A DNA stretch of 64,000 nt from Tubulanus polymorphus (Eukaryota > Animalia > Nemertea): positions 27,074,299 to 27,138,298 of the forward strand of contig NC_134025.1 of NCBI RefSeq assembly GCF_964204645.1. The letters run 5' to 3'. Shown in pieces: positions 33,726 to 47,853 of this stretch. The notes below the pieces were generated by a model. The model was not told the DNA's origin and did no database searches. It saw only the letters and a program-made list of their open reading frames with translations. Both the position numbers and the translations under genes were made by a program. How positions within the stretch are numbered: the stretch's first letter is position 1; every line of letters starts with the position of its first letter.

Positions 33726-36700
33726 TTGAATTGAAATACAGGCTAGCGGTGAAATAGTGAAGAGCAATTTCATGTATCTTACTGATTGATGTCTGATCAG
33801 CTGTAGATTTCATTCTGTGCATCAATCGTCACATGCAGGCAGCTGGTTCCATACAAAAAAATACTTTATTATTTAAGTCGGTTTAAAAAATGGAGTCTCT
33901 ATTGTTCTTGCTGATTCAGATAACAGTGGATGTATAAACTGGTTTATACCTCCTTGAGATAACCAACTCTGTCATTTTCAGCATGCAGGACAGTGACAGA
34001 TCTATCATGGTGTATGGTATTGACATTTTATCGTAAAAAAAAAGTCCCAGTTGTTTTCTTTTCATCTCATGCTATGCCAGCCCTTTTAAAAGAGTAATCA
34101 CTCAAAATCTTTTTAAATCAGATGCCTTGCGACTGTTAACAACTCGATGCAACATGATTTTCTGGCGTTCTAATGATCTATGCACCTTGCAAAGTCGCAA
34201 TGAGTTGCACATGATTTACTTCCTACTACACATGTCAATGTCACTGTCACCCGCCATACACTGCTCTTATGACTGGTCCTTGCTGATGATCATATCATAG
34301 ATTTACAGTAACATCCAAAATCATCTAAAATTATGATTAGACACCCTGAATGTCAACCAGATCTCTGCGGTCAACTATCTCTGTATTATATTACTAGGAC
34401 TGAATTTGAAACTGATTCTGAGAAACTTTGATGTATCTCTTTTTTCACTTTATCACTTACTATTCTTATTTCTATTCCGCTGTGGGCTGTACGCATAAAT
34501 GATTATTGTGAAAACTGTCAGAAAAAATCTAATATTGTTTATAGATTTGTGGCAGCTGTGGATTAAATAGCATACAAACATGAAAAGCTTTACAGCGAAT
34601 TTCAATAGGGTAAAATTATTAGGTTTACATTGGACTATTGTTTTAATTCAATGCAGTAAATTTATTCAATTGATTGATATTTCAAATATTCTTTCCATGT
34701 CGTTTCAGGTAAGTTGCGGTTAACGTCATCTGATGGTATAAGGCTTTTTTCAGGTAACATACGAGCCTTCTTAAAATCTCCGGTAATACACAATAGTTAA
34801 GTGCATGGCAATTATCAGTTTTTGCGTGTAAAAAACTAAAAAGTCTAAAAATATCCCGGTAAATGTCATGAACAGGAGTATTCAATTGGCATTGCAATGA
34901 GATATTTGAGTTCGTGTACTGGTTGATTAATGAGGCGTTCACTGGTTTAATGATACCTTTTTCCATCGTGATTTATTCCTCTTTTATGAGATTATCACAC
35001 TTATCATCGGCGGTGACATTTGTATTGAATATTATTTATCGGTCATTTTGTCGTAAAAAGGATGTGATATCCTCCCGTAGTTGTGGTACATCCGCGATAG
35101 GGGTAAATTAACAAAACCTTGGAATTAAGATCACTGCAATCACCCATAACATTTTATTTCTCTTCATGGGTTTGTTGCGCGTCTACCCCTCGGGGCTTGA
35201 TTGATTTTGGCACTATCCTAGTATCCCGATGGTGCTAGATGTTTTGTTGGGATACTAAAGAAACTATCACGACAGGATACAAGAAACTTTTTATATCACC
35301 ATTGTAGATGTTCAATTTATTTCTTTCCCGTGTTTTCTTGATTAGAATCTTGAATCAAGGGCAAACCGGGTTACCACCAAACTTTGACACTGACAATTGA
35401 AGATGCTGTATCTCACACGCCCTTACTCCGCCATTTTGTACTACAATTCGGTATCACTGCCTTTGACATTTACTTACAAGGCCAAGATGTCTTCTGATCT
35501 TAAGTGTGAAGGACTGAATTGCCAGACACTTTTATTTGCATAAAGTGTGGTGGAATCTGATCAACAGTCGGTGGTTGTAATGGATCAGTATTGCTGACAC
35601 AGTTAATGGACTTCGTCGATTGTGAAAACCCGAGCTGTTTTCAGTTGATTTAAAACATTAGTCGAAGGTATAGCAACATTGACTGTACAATCAATTAAAG
35701 TGACAGTATTCTCCTATATTGTGAAAGAATGAATTGGGTTTTTCATTCTCTAAATGTATCATATCACGACGAACATATGCACGTAATGTCACTTGACAAT
35801 GGCAACAACTGTAGGTTTGACTTTCTACTCTTCTACTGATTTATCAGTGTTTGTCCTATTTCATTACATACGTGGCGTGGGCATTTTATCGGCAATTTTT
35901 TAATGGAAAAAGAACAGATGCTCCCAATTGGGTTCCATCAATGTTTTATGTCTTGTTACGATTTGTAGTGACTGTTTACCCAGTTCATGAGGGAATCTAG
36001 TTCTTCAGAGTAATACATCGTCTGAATTGACACTACTATCTTTCTCTGTTGGTGTTAGTTCTCGCTGAGTATCATGGACATTTTGAGTGATATGTAGCAT
36101 TCAATCTGTATCTGTATCTGTATATTACATCTAAACCTACCTATTTGAGGAAATTGTGTAGAAACGACTGCTGGAGCACATTACCATGAAATCCGACCAC
36201 AAGAATGAAATTGAAGTTGATAATGATTGTATAGATGGAGCATCGATCCGAACGCATCATAGGAACTGCCATTTCAAGCTATACATGATAGTGAAGCTGG
36301 TCATGTTCTACCATAGATGGAGTCTTCATACAACTTTGTTTTCTTTTTGATACCTTAAATGATTATGTGGCTTTCAAAAGTGCTTCTCCTAATCAATCAG
36401 TTTTCTTCTGAGTTTCCGAATCTTATGCGTTCTTCAGAAGAATGATATATCTATCATTCACAATTTTTCATGAATGCATGTGGATATAAATATGCCATTG
36501 ATGTCAAAATCCGTTGACGATCTTTCTTTCTTTTATTCACGACCGATATTTAGGTAACGCGGGAGAATGTGTGTGTATTTTTAGCGTGTCTGATGGCAAT
36601 TATTTATCACAGGATATTAATGCACGCAACTTATAAGGAAGCTGTGAGGATCCTGCCATTTACAGATTGATGTGAGTCTGATGTCTTCTGGCGGAAATGT

Positions 36701-37524
36701 TTTTAACGCTAATCAGCTTATTTTTGGCAATTCTTCTTAAAAGCGAACAACCTAACTGCGAAGACCTTGAACATCCTCTAAAACAATTAAGTTTGTAGAT
36801 GAGTAGCTTTTACTCTCTTATATTCGTTGAGAGGACATATTCTGAAGTAGGACGATAGGATATTGATATGTAGATGATAATTCCGGATTTGAATCTGCAT
36901 TAGCCGTCCATTGATCTAGAGATTATTATTGGTTTAAAAGAAAGCGTGCGCGTTCTGGCAAAATGCAGCGCTTATTTACATCATAAAACATCGATTGAAA
37001 TTCTACGCTGAAATGTTCGCGAAACCCTAGGAAAATTCTTTTCTTTCATCGTTCGGTTTCTAAATTCAGAAGCCATGCTAGACAATCAAGCCAAAGGAAT
37101 CTGTCTGGGGAAAACGCGAAGCTCAATCAATTTATCAGAGTGATTGGCTCAGCTGGCATATCTTCAGTTCTCGACATCAGTTTACCGACGTTTCTCTATG
37201 CTACGTATATGTATAGTGTGATCTTCAATGCATCTATAATTCATAAACAGCGATGAAAATACTTATCCATACTTCATGAACATATTGATACTAAATCTAC
37301 TGTATTTGATGAATATTTTTGTCCAGTCAATGCCACGAGCCGAGACAGTCGGTATTCACTCTGGTAATGGAAGCGTGTTTTTAATGATGACAATCAGTTG
37401 AGTAAATGATGAACAGCGCAAAATGTGACGTTTAGATTTATCATCATCTGGTCATATCGAGGGGGGATATATGATCAGTAATGCTGCCGGTGTAAATGTC
37501 AAAACAGACAGATGAATGAAATAT

Positions 37525-37835
37525 TACCACGATCACACAGAAACAGTTTGGCCCTGATCAAACTGGTCCTGATCAGAGCAGAGTCAAATTTGGCCTGCGT
37601 CTAATTAGAGAGCGTGTTCACATGTTAACTACTCACTTGATACTAAACAATGCTTAAGCTTAAACAAAGCGAAATCAAGTCACTTCTGGAATCAGTAAGC
37701 ATTCACATGCAATGATTTGACCCATGCTAAAATTAAGCACAGGCCTGGTGGTCCGATGTTTTTGGCTGACCAAATTTTGCCCAGGCCATGTTTAAATGGT
37801 TGGCCTGGACCAAAAAAGTCTGTGTAATAGCGGCT
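37525..37835 (+). mobile_element. MITE family A, near full-length copy (~310 bp)
   Basis: CCACGATCACACAG ... CTGTGTAATAGCGGCT; shares atttgacccatgctaaaatt and tcacttgatactaaa with the copy at 59044. Confidence 0.85.
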
Positions 37836-40800
37836 TAAAAAATGCTTTTTTAGGGCGGATTCGATGATGCTTTAAAGACAACATTTAAGTCTTCCTTTTT
37901 TACCTAATTGAAAATATTGTCACAAAAACTGGAATGAAAATGTTTGGACAATGAATGAGGCGAATGAACGGCTGTGTTTCCCGTCGCGGACGGCTACTGC
38001 TTTTGTTTCGTCATCGTCTCCAAGACAACTTTGCCTGTGATCTTTCGCAATCAGCGCTGAATGCGTCTCCACTGAAGGATGAAATGAGGCAATATTATTC
38101 GTTACAATCTGCTGGAATAATTGGCTTTTCGTCGCAGGTCCCAAAATCCAAGCATCACGATAATGTGAAAAACATAATTCTACTCACGTCAAGTATTTTA
38201 TAATGATTAAATCAGTAATTGGCACCGCGTTCATTAGAATGTTCAATTTTACTCTGGTTTGGAATTTCTCATATTTTGCCCAACCTAAGAACTGAGCATT
38301 GTTATCGCCTGTTCAACTGAACTGGGCTTCATAGAGATGTGGGGCAATATAATACCTGGGAATATTTTGAAAGCACTCTGTTACTTTGGTAGATGTCACT
38401 CAGGTTGAGGATTTAGCTCTAGGGATAACTTTCATACCCGGTCTATGAAACTCAGCCCAGAATTTTTCAATTTTGCTGTATTTCTAAATATGGACAAAAA
38501 ACCCTAGAATATGTCAGGAAATAGAATGAAATCAATTTTGACGTAAAACCACTTTGTGCATGTTATAAGAAATTTGTGCATTTGGTTGCACAATTATGTG
38601 CACGCTTTACTCACTGTCTGTGGCATCGGTCTACTACTTGTCATTGCTTTCCTTATTGATTCGTTTTTGATAAGTATCAATTATATTAGCGGGGTGTATT
38701 TCAGGATTTCTATGTAGAATGCAGACCGCCATTAATCATCCATTGTTATTGACATTACATGTAGTATCTGTGACTTGATTTTATGTTGTTCAATGTTATC
38801 ATTCAACGAAGTTCAATGTTATCATTTGTCATCAGCCTCGCCTGCATCTGCATTAACTTGATCCTTTTCCTTATAGTTTACTAATGAATTTTGATGGGAG
38901 ATTAAGTTTTCAGTTGTATGTTGAGACTTCAATTTTGAAATTCATGTTAATCAGATCATTCCCGGGACCTTGTAGAACTAGCGATGAATTATTCCTTAAC
39001 TGATCATACGTCCAGCCTTTCAATATTAATATTGTTTTTGTGTCTGATCCGGAACTTTCCGCGAAATCAGTTTCAAGTTTCTTCGTAGCGTGGGCACCGA
39101 TCGATGCGGTGTTTGATACCGCGAAAACAAACATCAAACTTGGTCTTTAACATATTGTTACTGACGCTAGGTTTACTTTGCGTCGTCCGATTCATCTCTA
39201 GCCATCATACTAAAAAATGAAAAAATTGGTCGGATTCATGTCGTTAAATATCACGTAGAAGTGGCAATTCCCGAGAGTAACTTAATCATCGGCGATTACC
39301 ACTTGTCAAGACAGACTTCTACACCTACAATCATCACTGCTTACTTCCAGCTAAAAAGCCAATCTCGGCCGCAGCACGTTGAGTATTCGATAGAATATTG
39401 ATCAGCTCCAGATTCCAGATGAACAGTTTTAGCCACTAGTTCTCTTGATTGCTTGACCTTTGTCCGCGAATGATTAAATGAATCATATAAATGTGACCCG
39501 ACTTTGTGATTGAATTGATTTTTCTTCATATCCTCAGAAATCGTTTTGTTATTTACGATTTAAAGGTTGACGATTGATCATTACCGGTCGTTCTTTCATG
39601 GTTGTCATTTGAGTTCACAATAACCTTTTTAGTCATTTTCCGTTTATTTTTCACTACAGAAAGTCTGTAGAGGAAATGGAAAGCAAACACATTGATAAAG
39701 CAGGCTTCATGGTACTTATGGATATCTAATATTTCGCTTTAAGGCTAGAAATGTAGTTCATTATCCAGACCTAACCCTAGTTTTGCAGCAGGTAATTTCT
39801 ATTTTTCATCGGTATCTGATCATGTTATTAGAGATCCATGAAAGGTCATTTTATTGGCATCATTTTTTCGTTTATCCGATCGAACGTTGGTTAGAACTGG
39901 GCGAATATTTCAGCGCTGGTTCGTATATCATCCGGAGCTGCAGGGGTGATTGCCCATCGCAAAATGGATGTCTGCGCTTCCCACCTACTCGTTTGACAAG
40001 ACATCCTTAATCAATAGTGCGAAATACCTTTTTGTCTTAATGTCAGAATGCCACTCACATTTCACATTATGAAACACCCGATGGTGAAAAAGTTGCTGCA
40101 AATATTTCATGACACACTGTCGGCTTGTTTTAATGCCATACGCAGAAACCCGAAACCCCTTTATTGAAACATATCTGTAACTAGTCATACAATCCGTTCA
40201 CATCTATATCTGTCCTCGTATGAATCGCAAAGAAAAAATTTAATCATATGGTGTTAAATTTGTCCGCACTGAAATATATCATTTTTGAAATGGGATTTGA
40301 TCAATTTTCCTATTCGCGCTCATGTGGGAAGCCATTGTTCTCGAGTTAAGTTACGATATCTCATCCGGAAAAAAGAATTTTGCCTTTTATAAACCATTAT
40401 GGCTTAATGTCACCGGTAATCGCAGTACAGTGTATAAATCACTGTTGCGGTAAGCTGTTGCTTGACAGATATTAGCGCATTAAAACTGTATCCGCCGATC
40501 GAAATTCACAATCATCGGCAGTAAAACTTTTGATTTGCGACAGATTTCTCGTCGAAAACTTGATTTTCACGTTGAATAGTTTGTAGCTGAGTAGAAGTCA
40601 ATTAATGCGATTCCCGCATAGCAGCAGCCTCGAGCCTTGGACTTTTAAAAGCTTCATCTCGCCAGATGCCTTATCTTGCCTTTCTCCAACTAGGAGAAAC
40701 AAGAATGTGTGGAAGACCACTATCTCTATACCAGGTCACCAAGCACACCTAGAACATTCTTGATTGCTGTTTCAATATTTCAGTAGGCGGTCGGTGGAAG

Positions 40801-41277
40801 TACTGACCGGTGTCTTAGTCCCAGTATTACAGATGAATTAATGGTGACGCACTTTCTCTTCAGGCAATATTCATTGCTTTGGTCTTTACCCTTGCTTGAC
40901 TTATCGTGTTTCCTTTAGCTATGAGCACATATACATGTGTGTTTGACAGCTATGTAGTGTAGGAGACACTGGATTTAAGCAGATTATTGGTGGCTCTAAA
41001 AACATGCCGCCAGCATAATTGATGACTGTATCTGCTTGAGATTAAGATCGGGAATGTTTTTCCTCGTGGAACTGCTTCGGATGAAAGCCGTATCTTCATT
41101 ACACACGGCGTTTTCGATTTTGATCCGAAAATCAAAGTTGAGGTTGAAAAGATTATTGTGAAACACGGCGTAATGATTTATCACAGTCTGTTGCTAGTGA
41201 AGGATCGATACTGAAGACTGATGCTAATCTGACGTCTGAGGAGTCATCAGATATTGATGTGACAATTCAAGGACTAT

Positions 41278-41610
41278 AGCCACATTCACACTATCGATAG
41301 ATAGTCCGTTCTAGTTTGGTCTAAAACAGACTAGATCAATGCTGTGCATTCACAGACATTATTAAATCCATCATTATCACTGGTCCAGCTAAACACAACA
41401 CTGTGATTGACAAGCAACTAAGGCAAAGTTTCTATTCACACTCAGAGAAGTGGTCTGTTCTAAAATTTGGAATGGACCTGGATCGCTCTTTACAGTCTTT
41501 CAAAATTGGTTTGCTCTAAATGGAATGGACCTATTCAGAACAGATTTTTTGCTGGTGTGAACGCTTAGTCGTTCTTAGCCTGTCCTAAATAATGAACTGT
41601 GAACTTGACT
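41278..41610 (+). mobile_element. MITE family B, near full-length copy (~330 bp)
   Basis: AGCCACATTCACAC ... TGTGAACTTGACT; collinear with the copies at 17614 and 47854. Confidence 0.85.
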
Positions 41611-44600
41611 ATATCTGGTTGATTTCATATCTTTACATAAAGCAACAGTCGCGACAAAAATGATTGATAATTGATGTTCATTTTTGGGGAACTGTTGGTT
41701 TCAGTTGGTTTGGTGGTGTTGGTAATATTGCCGAGATAAGCCTGATAGTTCATCGTTCAGTTTCATGTTCATCTTTCCCTTGTGATTTCTGTCTTATCTC
41801 TACTTGCTTCACTCATTATGTATTCTGTTGTTCGACCACCAGCAGCACTTGAGCTTTGGTCTCATGTATCAAGTGTCACAAACTCTAATCCACAGTTGCC
41901 GGTAAATCTGGCTTGCCGGCCTTTTTTCTTGTTCTGTCTCGGTCAAAACGATGAACTACTTAATCACTTCACTGCAGCGAGAAAGAAAGCATTTCGAAGA
42001 AAGTCTCATGTTTTTTTTTACTGATATGCCAATACGTAACTCCTCCATTACAACCACAATCCCTATGGTATAAGTAGAATTCTCTCTATGCCATGTATCC
42101 AGATCAGTCTTTCAGCACATTCATAATTTTAATTTTAAGATTGTTAGATAGATTATTTTCCTTCGGGACTGGGTGTTCTTTGCGCAATCTATGTTTAATC
42201 AATCCAGTTTGTCACGCCTCAACATCGGTATTTTTAGTTCATTTTTCTACAATGTCGGTCTGTTATAGTTTGTATGCTGTCATTGTGTGACTCTCTCGAG
42301 ATACGAAGATTCACAATTTACATTTTTTATTATAGCCTTATTTAATTGATTCGGGATATTTATAGACTTTTATGTGGGAGTTCAATGTTTTATGCTTGGC
42401 AATAATGTCGGAATGTGTGGCAGTTCCCGAGGATCTGTCTGATGTCCTAAAGCGATAATCGTCGACAATCTCTCAAGTCAGTATTATCTTCCACTCAGCT
42501 CATAGTCGTTAGATCTTATCACGAGGATTTTCATGTGGACAGGAAGGAATGAAGTGTTAGGTCGTTCCGATGAATATTTCTCAAAATATCCTCTTCGTAG
42601 TTGTAAAAGAATAGCCACATTCAGACGTGAAGAATAGATTAAAACCCACTATATACACATTTAGAATCAAAACGAAATGATCGAAATAGAATTAGAATTA
42701 AAGTCATAAGACACAACGTTCCAACAACACTACATTTAGGTGTGAAAATTCCTCGAGTTTATCGAGTGAAAATTGAGTTTCTTGTGTATGTTTTAAACAG
42801 AAAATTCACGGTTGCAAAATTGTAAAAACTGTCATTTCATAGTTCGAACCTATAACCTACTTAGAAACATTAGAATCTTTCAATCCAGATCAAGCAAAAC
42901 GAAAACATCAATTATCGATGTCGGGCTGTATTTAGATTTTTTGATGAATCAGAACTGGCGATGGTATTTACTGCGTACAGCGACCATTAGGGTAATCGAC
43001 TATAAGGGTTGCCTGTGATTACTCGTAGTAACCCTAGTGGAAACTCATTCTTCATTCCGACGTGAAATATCTCTCTCATTGTTAGCCGTATTTACTGTGC
43101 ATTTTGTCAGGAAATTACACCGGATTTTTTATCGATGTTGGTTCAGCACTCCGATGACTTCGCAGCCGCGGCGTCGGTCGGGAAAAATTTGCCCGCGCTC
43201 GTCGCGCACGGGGCTACGCCGCTGGTCTACCGTCGGGTATATATCGCGTTATTAGGTTACGTATGCATAAGGTCAGGAAAATGGCAAGAATACTAATATC
43301 ATATCTAGTTCATATGAAGCAGAGCAGTCTTCTTCCGAGCCGTCGTATATTCGAATCAAAATACCGTTCATGGTGATTTTTATCTTCAGTTTATTCGACG
43401 TCTAATTTCGTACAATTTACATATTTTCAGGAGTTTTCACATCGATTAGACCAAAATGCGTATATAGAAATATAATAATATTATATACATTTTTAGTGCC
43501 AGTGAAAGGGACTTATGATACAGTGTGCTATCGTGGTCGTAGCCTGACGTATAGCTCACGTATAGCTCACGTTTTGAGAATATTCACCATGCAAAATACA
43601 TATATACATACATATATAAGGTGAAAACACTGAAATTGTTTACGTTCATTTTGGCAAAAAATACATTTTTTCCCATTTTATATCAATTTATGAAGAGTAT
43701 TTATGCGTCTATGAGAATTGATTAATAATCAATTTCGATGTTGTCGTCACAATACTCCAAACTGATCGATTCCATTTAGCTATTGATACTTGTAATTATC
43801 TATGAAATCAAGGCACTTGATGATTAAAGAAGTGATTCTACGATTGAAGATTTCGAGAAAAAATAATTGATTCCTGTTTGGATTATATAGATTGATTATT
43901 CATTTTTTGGAATTATTTGTCGGTAAGATTTATGGATTTGATTAAGAATAGAGAGATTAGTTTTCGTAAAACGCAGGTGTCGATATTGAATAGAGTAACA
44001 TAAATATAGAATTATAGGATTAACACGATGTGCATTGATATATACGACAACAGTGAATTCTAAAAGCAGCTTCATGTGGAATATAGAAACAAACTCTCAA
44101 AGAGCGAACCCGTAGCGTGGAGCCACAAAGATCTAGTTCCGCTCATCTTTAATCCAAAAGGAAATTTTTAGTAGACATGTTACATTTACAACTAGTACAA
44201 CGTGATACATACGTGTATTAAAAAGTGTAAAGTCCCACAATTGATGAATGCCTTTTTAAGTTTATAGTTTATTTAGAATAGAAATATTTCAGGTGGTTCC
44301 TACCACCCATCTTCAGTCTAAAAAGTACAAAATTGTGGGATTTTACATTTATTGTTTTGTTGTGGAAATCGTGAACTTACTGGTTCAACAATACATACGC
44401 GGAAATGGAAATTGCTGTATCTGAGCATCAAATTGTCAAAATTTTCTAGGGGACGACCCTTTTAGTTCAAACCAAGTTAATAAGACGAACCCGCCCGCAT
44501 ATTCCTCACGCTATGAGCCCGCAAAGAAATCTTCATTGATTTTGGCGTATTAGCATTTTTTGCTCGGTTACTCCGAACATAACCGATGAAAAATGTTTTG

Positions 44601-45393
44601 AAATTTCGAGCATCGTTTGAACGCATTATCGTCTTCCAGTTTGTTAAACCGTCCGCGATCGTCTTGAATCATGAGCTGCTTTTATAATTGGCCGTAATTT
44701 TTTTTTTTCGTCTACCGTTCGACACACAACATCGAGTATCACAGTTTTACAGATGAGCTCGTAAAGTCTCTCGCACCAACACGAATATGATATACATAGA
44801 AAAAAACATTTATGTTCAGAATTCTCGTCGGTTGTCGAAATCGCGTCTCCGGAGAAAAGTCTCCAATTTCAATCGAACGTCTTTGAATACTTTGAAATAC
44901 ATCGCTCGAGTTTAATCCAACGATTGTCTTCGAAGTCTGTACGATATCACCGGGTTTTCAGTTTCAATTTCGTATGAACCATCGCAGTATTTCAAGTATC
45001 TGAGTTTACCGCAGAAGGATTTCGACAACCTGGCGCGAATTCGAATTCACGTTAATGACCTTTACTGCAGATTTACTAGGCTAAATATTCTATCGTAATC
45101 AACAGAGTTAGAAATATGCTAATTATGTTGACTAAGATGAATATCGATGATCCAGGCCTTTTCATATTACATCGAGGGTCCTTATTGTATTCTACCCCTC
45201 AGTCATAATTATTCCTGAGATCTCTAACCGATCACATGTATCGATACGCTTTTTGTCGCCGTTTAACAGTCAGCGAATGATAGAATTGACGCGAGCCTCA
45301 TTAATCCATTTAAGGTTTCGGTCGTTGATGCTGACTTCATCAATTCATGTGATCGCTCATTGCCTAATGAATCTACCGTAAAGGTCTTAATTC

Positions 45394-46473
45394 CTATACA
45401 TCAGACGTCGTACCCTGCGTCGGCATCAAAGGACTTTCATCTCTTTTACAAGTGACGATGTTCATCAAGACACAACGAAATTTACGCACCATTAGACAGT
45501 AAACGAAGAAATTAATCGCCGAATTTGTGTTCAGCATTATATCGGATATCGGCTTGAAGATGTAGAGGTTTTCGCTAAAGTGAGTGTCGATCACGGACGT
45601 GATGTCGCTGCAAGGACCGCCGATAACCGTTATAAGATAGATGAGCCCGATGACGGCTCCGGGCGTTTCCAAAACGAGAAACAATACGACGATCATGATC
45701 AATGTCCTCGTAACGGTGACCGACGTACGGCTACAAATGGTCACTTTGGTCGAGACGAGATTCGCTCGGATTTGGTCGCCGATTTTGATGGCTTGACAAA
45801 GTTTCACGTTACAAATCAACAAAACGAACAACGGAATGACGAAATGGACCAACTCGAAACAAGTCTGCTGGATTATGACCTTCAAGCGATCGGTGTGGTT
45901 CTTGTCGGCGTCTTCGGTATCGTTGGCGCAGGTCGTGGCTATCGGTCGCGCCGATATCGACATAATCCAGAAGGCGGCGTTGTAAACGACAGAACAGGCG
46001 ACTAAAACGATGACACCGATTTTACTATACCTGATGCGGCACCAGCGTGTAGCTCGCAGCGGATGACACACGCCTATATACCGGTCGATCGACACGAACA
46101 CCACCATCCAGACGGTCATCGTTTTCGAAACCAACACCAGCCGGTATATTTGTATGATGACGTGTTTGTATTTTTCGGTTTGCGTTACGTCGAGACGAAA
46201 GTATTCCATTTGCATCGGAATGACCGTGTACGCTAAAAGCGTAATGAGGTAAACGGAGTCGACGACGGCCAGCGCCTGAAGCAGGAACGCAGTCGAACCG
46301 TGTCCGCTTTCCCGTTTCCAAACTAACAGCGACAAAGCGTTTCCGACTAACCCTACAATCGCGATGATTCCCAGTAAACATCCGTATATAGCGTATAGAG
46401 CCGTCGTGTACGGCGTCGTCGGAAACCAATCGTCCGGATCGGTTGGATCGGTCGAATTGTTTAAATCATCCAT
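45394..46473 (-). CDS. Class A GPCR, more divergent paralog of the same family (GPCR-3), 359 aa, intronless CDS
   Basis: GN, LAVVD, DRYIGVCHPL, LETP, NSAINFFVYCL..RKFR; seven TM segments; C-terminus ...TTSDV. Confidence 0.95.
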   Translation of the reverse strand: MDDLNNSTDPTDPDDWFPTTPYTTALYAIYGCLLGIIAIVGLVGNALSLLVWKRESGHGSTAFLLQALAVVDSVYLITLLAYTVIPMQMEYFRLDVTQTEKYKHVIIQIYRLVLVSKTMTVWMVVFVSIDRYIGVCHPLRATRWCRIRYSKIGVIVLVACSVVYNAAFWIMSISARPIATTCANDTEDADKNHTDRLKVIIQQTCFELVHFVIPLFVLLICNVKLCQAIKIGDQIRANLVSTKVTICSRTSVTVTRTLIMIVVLFLVLETPGAVIGLIYLITVIGGPCSDITSVIDTHFSENLYIFKPISDIMLNTNSAINFFVYCLMVRKFRCVLMNIVTCKRDESPLMPTQGTTSDV

Positions 46474-47853
46474 TTCGATCGGCGGTACGCAAGAACGGTC
46501 GCTCGACTACTATCCGATATAGTTCATCGTAACAAGACCAGAAAGAAATCTATAAACCTATTCAAATCATCATCCCTTATAAACACCTGTTTGTATGTTT
46601 GCCTTCCGCACTTTCTATTGCAATATCTAGTATACTTGTTTGACAATCAGCAGTTTTAATCCATATATGGATGTCCCAGTTAAACAGTTTCAGTAATCAC
46701 GGGTAAACTTCCAGTGAATTTGCGAGTTAATCCGTTTCGTGAATATTATTGTTTATCTATCACTACTCACTATGAATACGATGTCGAAGCTGTGGACGAA
46801 AAAAATGCGATTGCTAATGAAGCTCTTTGTTTTTCGTCGACGAAATTTACTCGGTCATTTATTCTGTTTGATCGGGTCGATTTCTGTTATCATAACCGGG
46901 CTATTACTGAATGATTAATTAGCCGCAGTCGATGGTCTGTCTATTCAAGCGGCAACGATTCTCTAAGCTCCTATTTCACGATGTGCTCAATCTTTTCGTT
47001 CAATTACGCCAACCATTTCTGTAGATATCTGCAAAGAAAAACATACGGTCAGATCATCATTAGAAGACCTCTTATTGATATGTCAGACCTGGAGCAGAGG
47101 GAACCGCAAATTTTGATTTATTAGATATACGAACATCTACGACTTCCTTTACATCTCGATACCTGACCTTATATATTCCTCAGTCATATTTCCATTAGAT
47201 TAATGACTTATTAGATAAGAATCAGTAACAGACGTGTTGTGTGAATCCTTAAAAAAACTATTATACCTTTATAACGAGTCGCTTGATCTTATGAAAATTA
47301 AAACATTAGCAACACAAATAGCAGTTAGAGGTCGTAAGTACATTCCTCTCGTATTGCACCATAATTTTGGTCTCATTTACTGAATTCATTGGATGCTTTA
47401 ATTTGTTTGCCGATCGTTTTTATGAGTGAAGAAGTCAATATACGAGAACGGGCTCAATTTACAAGATTTGGCAAGACGCCACTCAAATTAGACTTTGAGA
47501 TCAATTTTGTTACCGTCTCTTGATTCAATTTTCAACCTATGGAATGATTTTACCTGTAGAAAAAATGGACAATATCGCTATTGGAATTCAGTTTCATTTC
47601 AATCTGATTAGGTAAATGCGACATTCACTATGGCAATATCATCAGGTTCTCGATGACAGGAACATGATTAAATTGAAACGCCGTAGTGAAATTGTAGTCG
47701 TTCCCTCAATGATTTATGGATGCGAATGATTTCGATACAATAGAAATTGAGCAGCACGTGAAGCCTGTATTGAATATCCATCGATGTTTCATTTTCTGCT
47801 TCACCTTAGAAAGCATTGAACATATTGGAAAGATAATTGGATTCGATGGTCAC

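Noticed and set aside
44101-44143. miR-100-like AACCCGTAG in a weak hairpin; also miR-10-like TACCCTGTAG at 25699
   Set aside because: Only 9-10 nt match and no pre-miRNA-like stem.
18144-46473. Opsin identity, suggested by conserved membrane lysines
   Set aside because: Position 7.43 is Ala or Asn, not Lys; the lysines are at 3.36 and 7.35.
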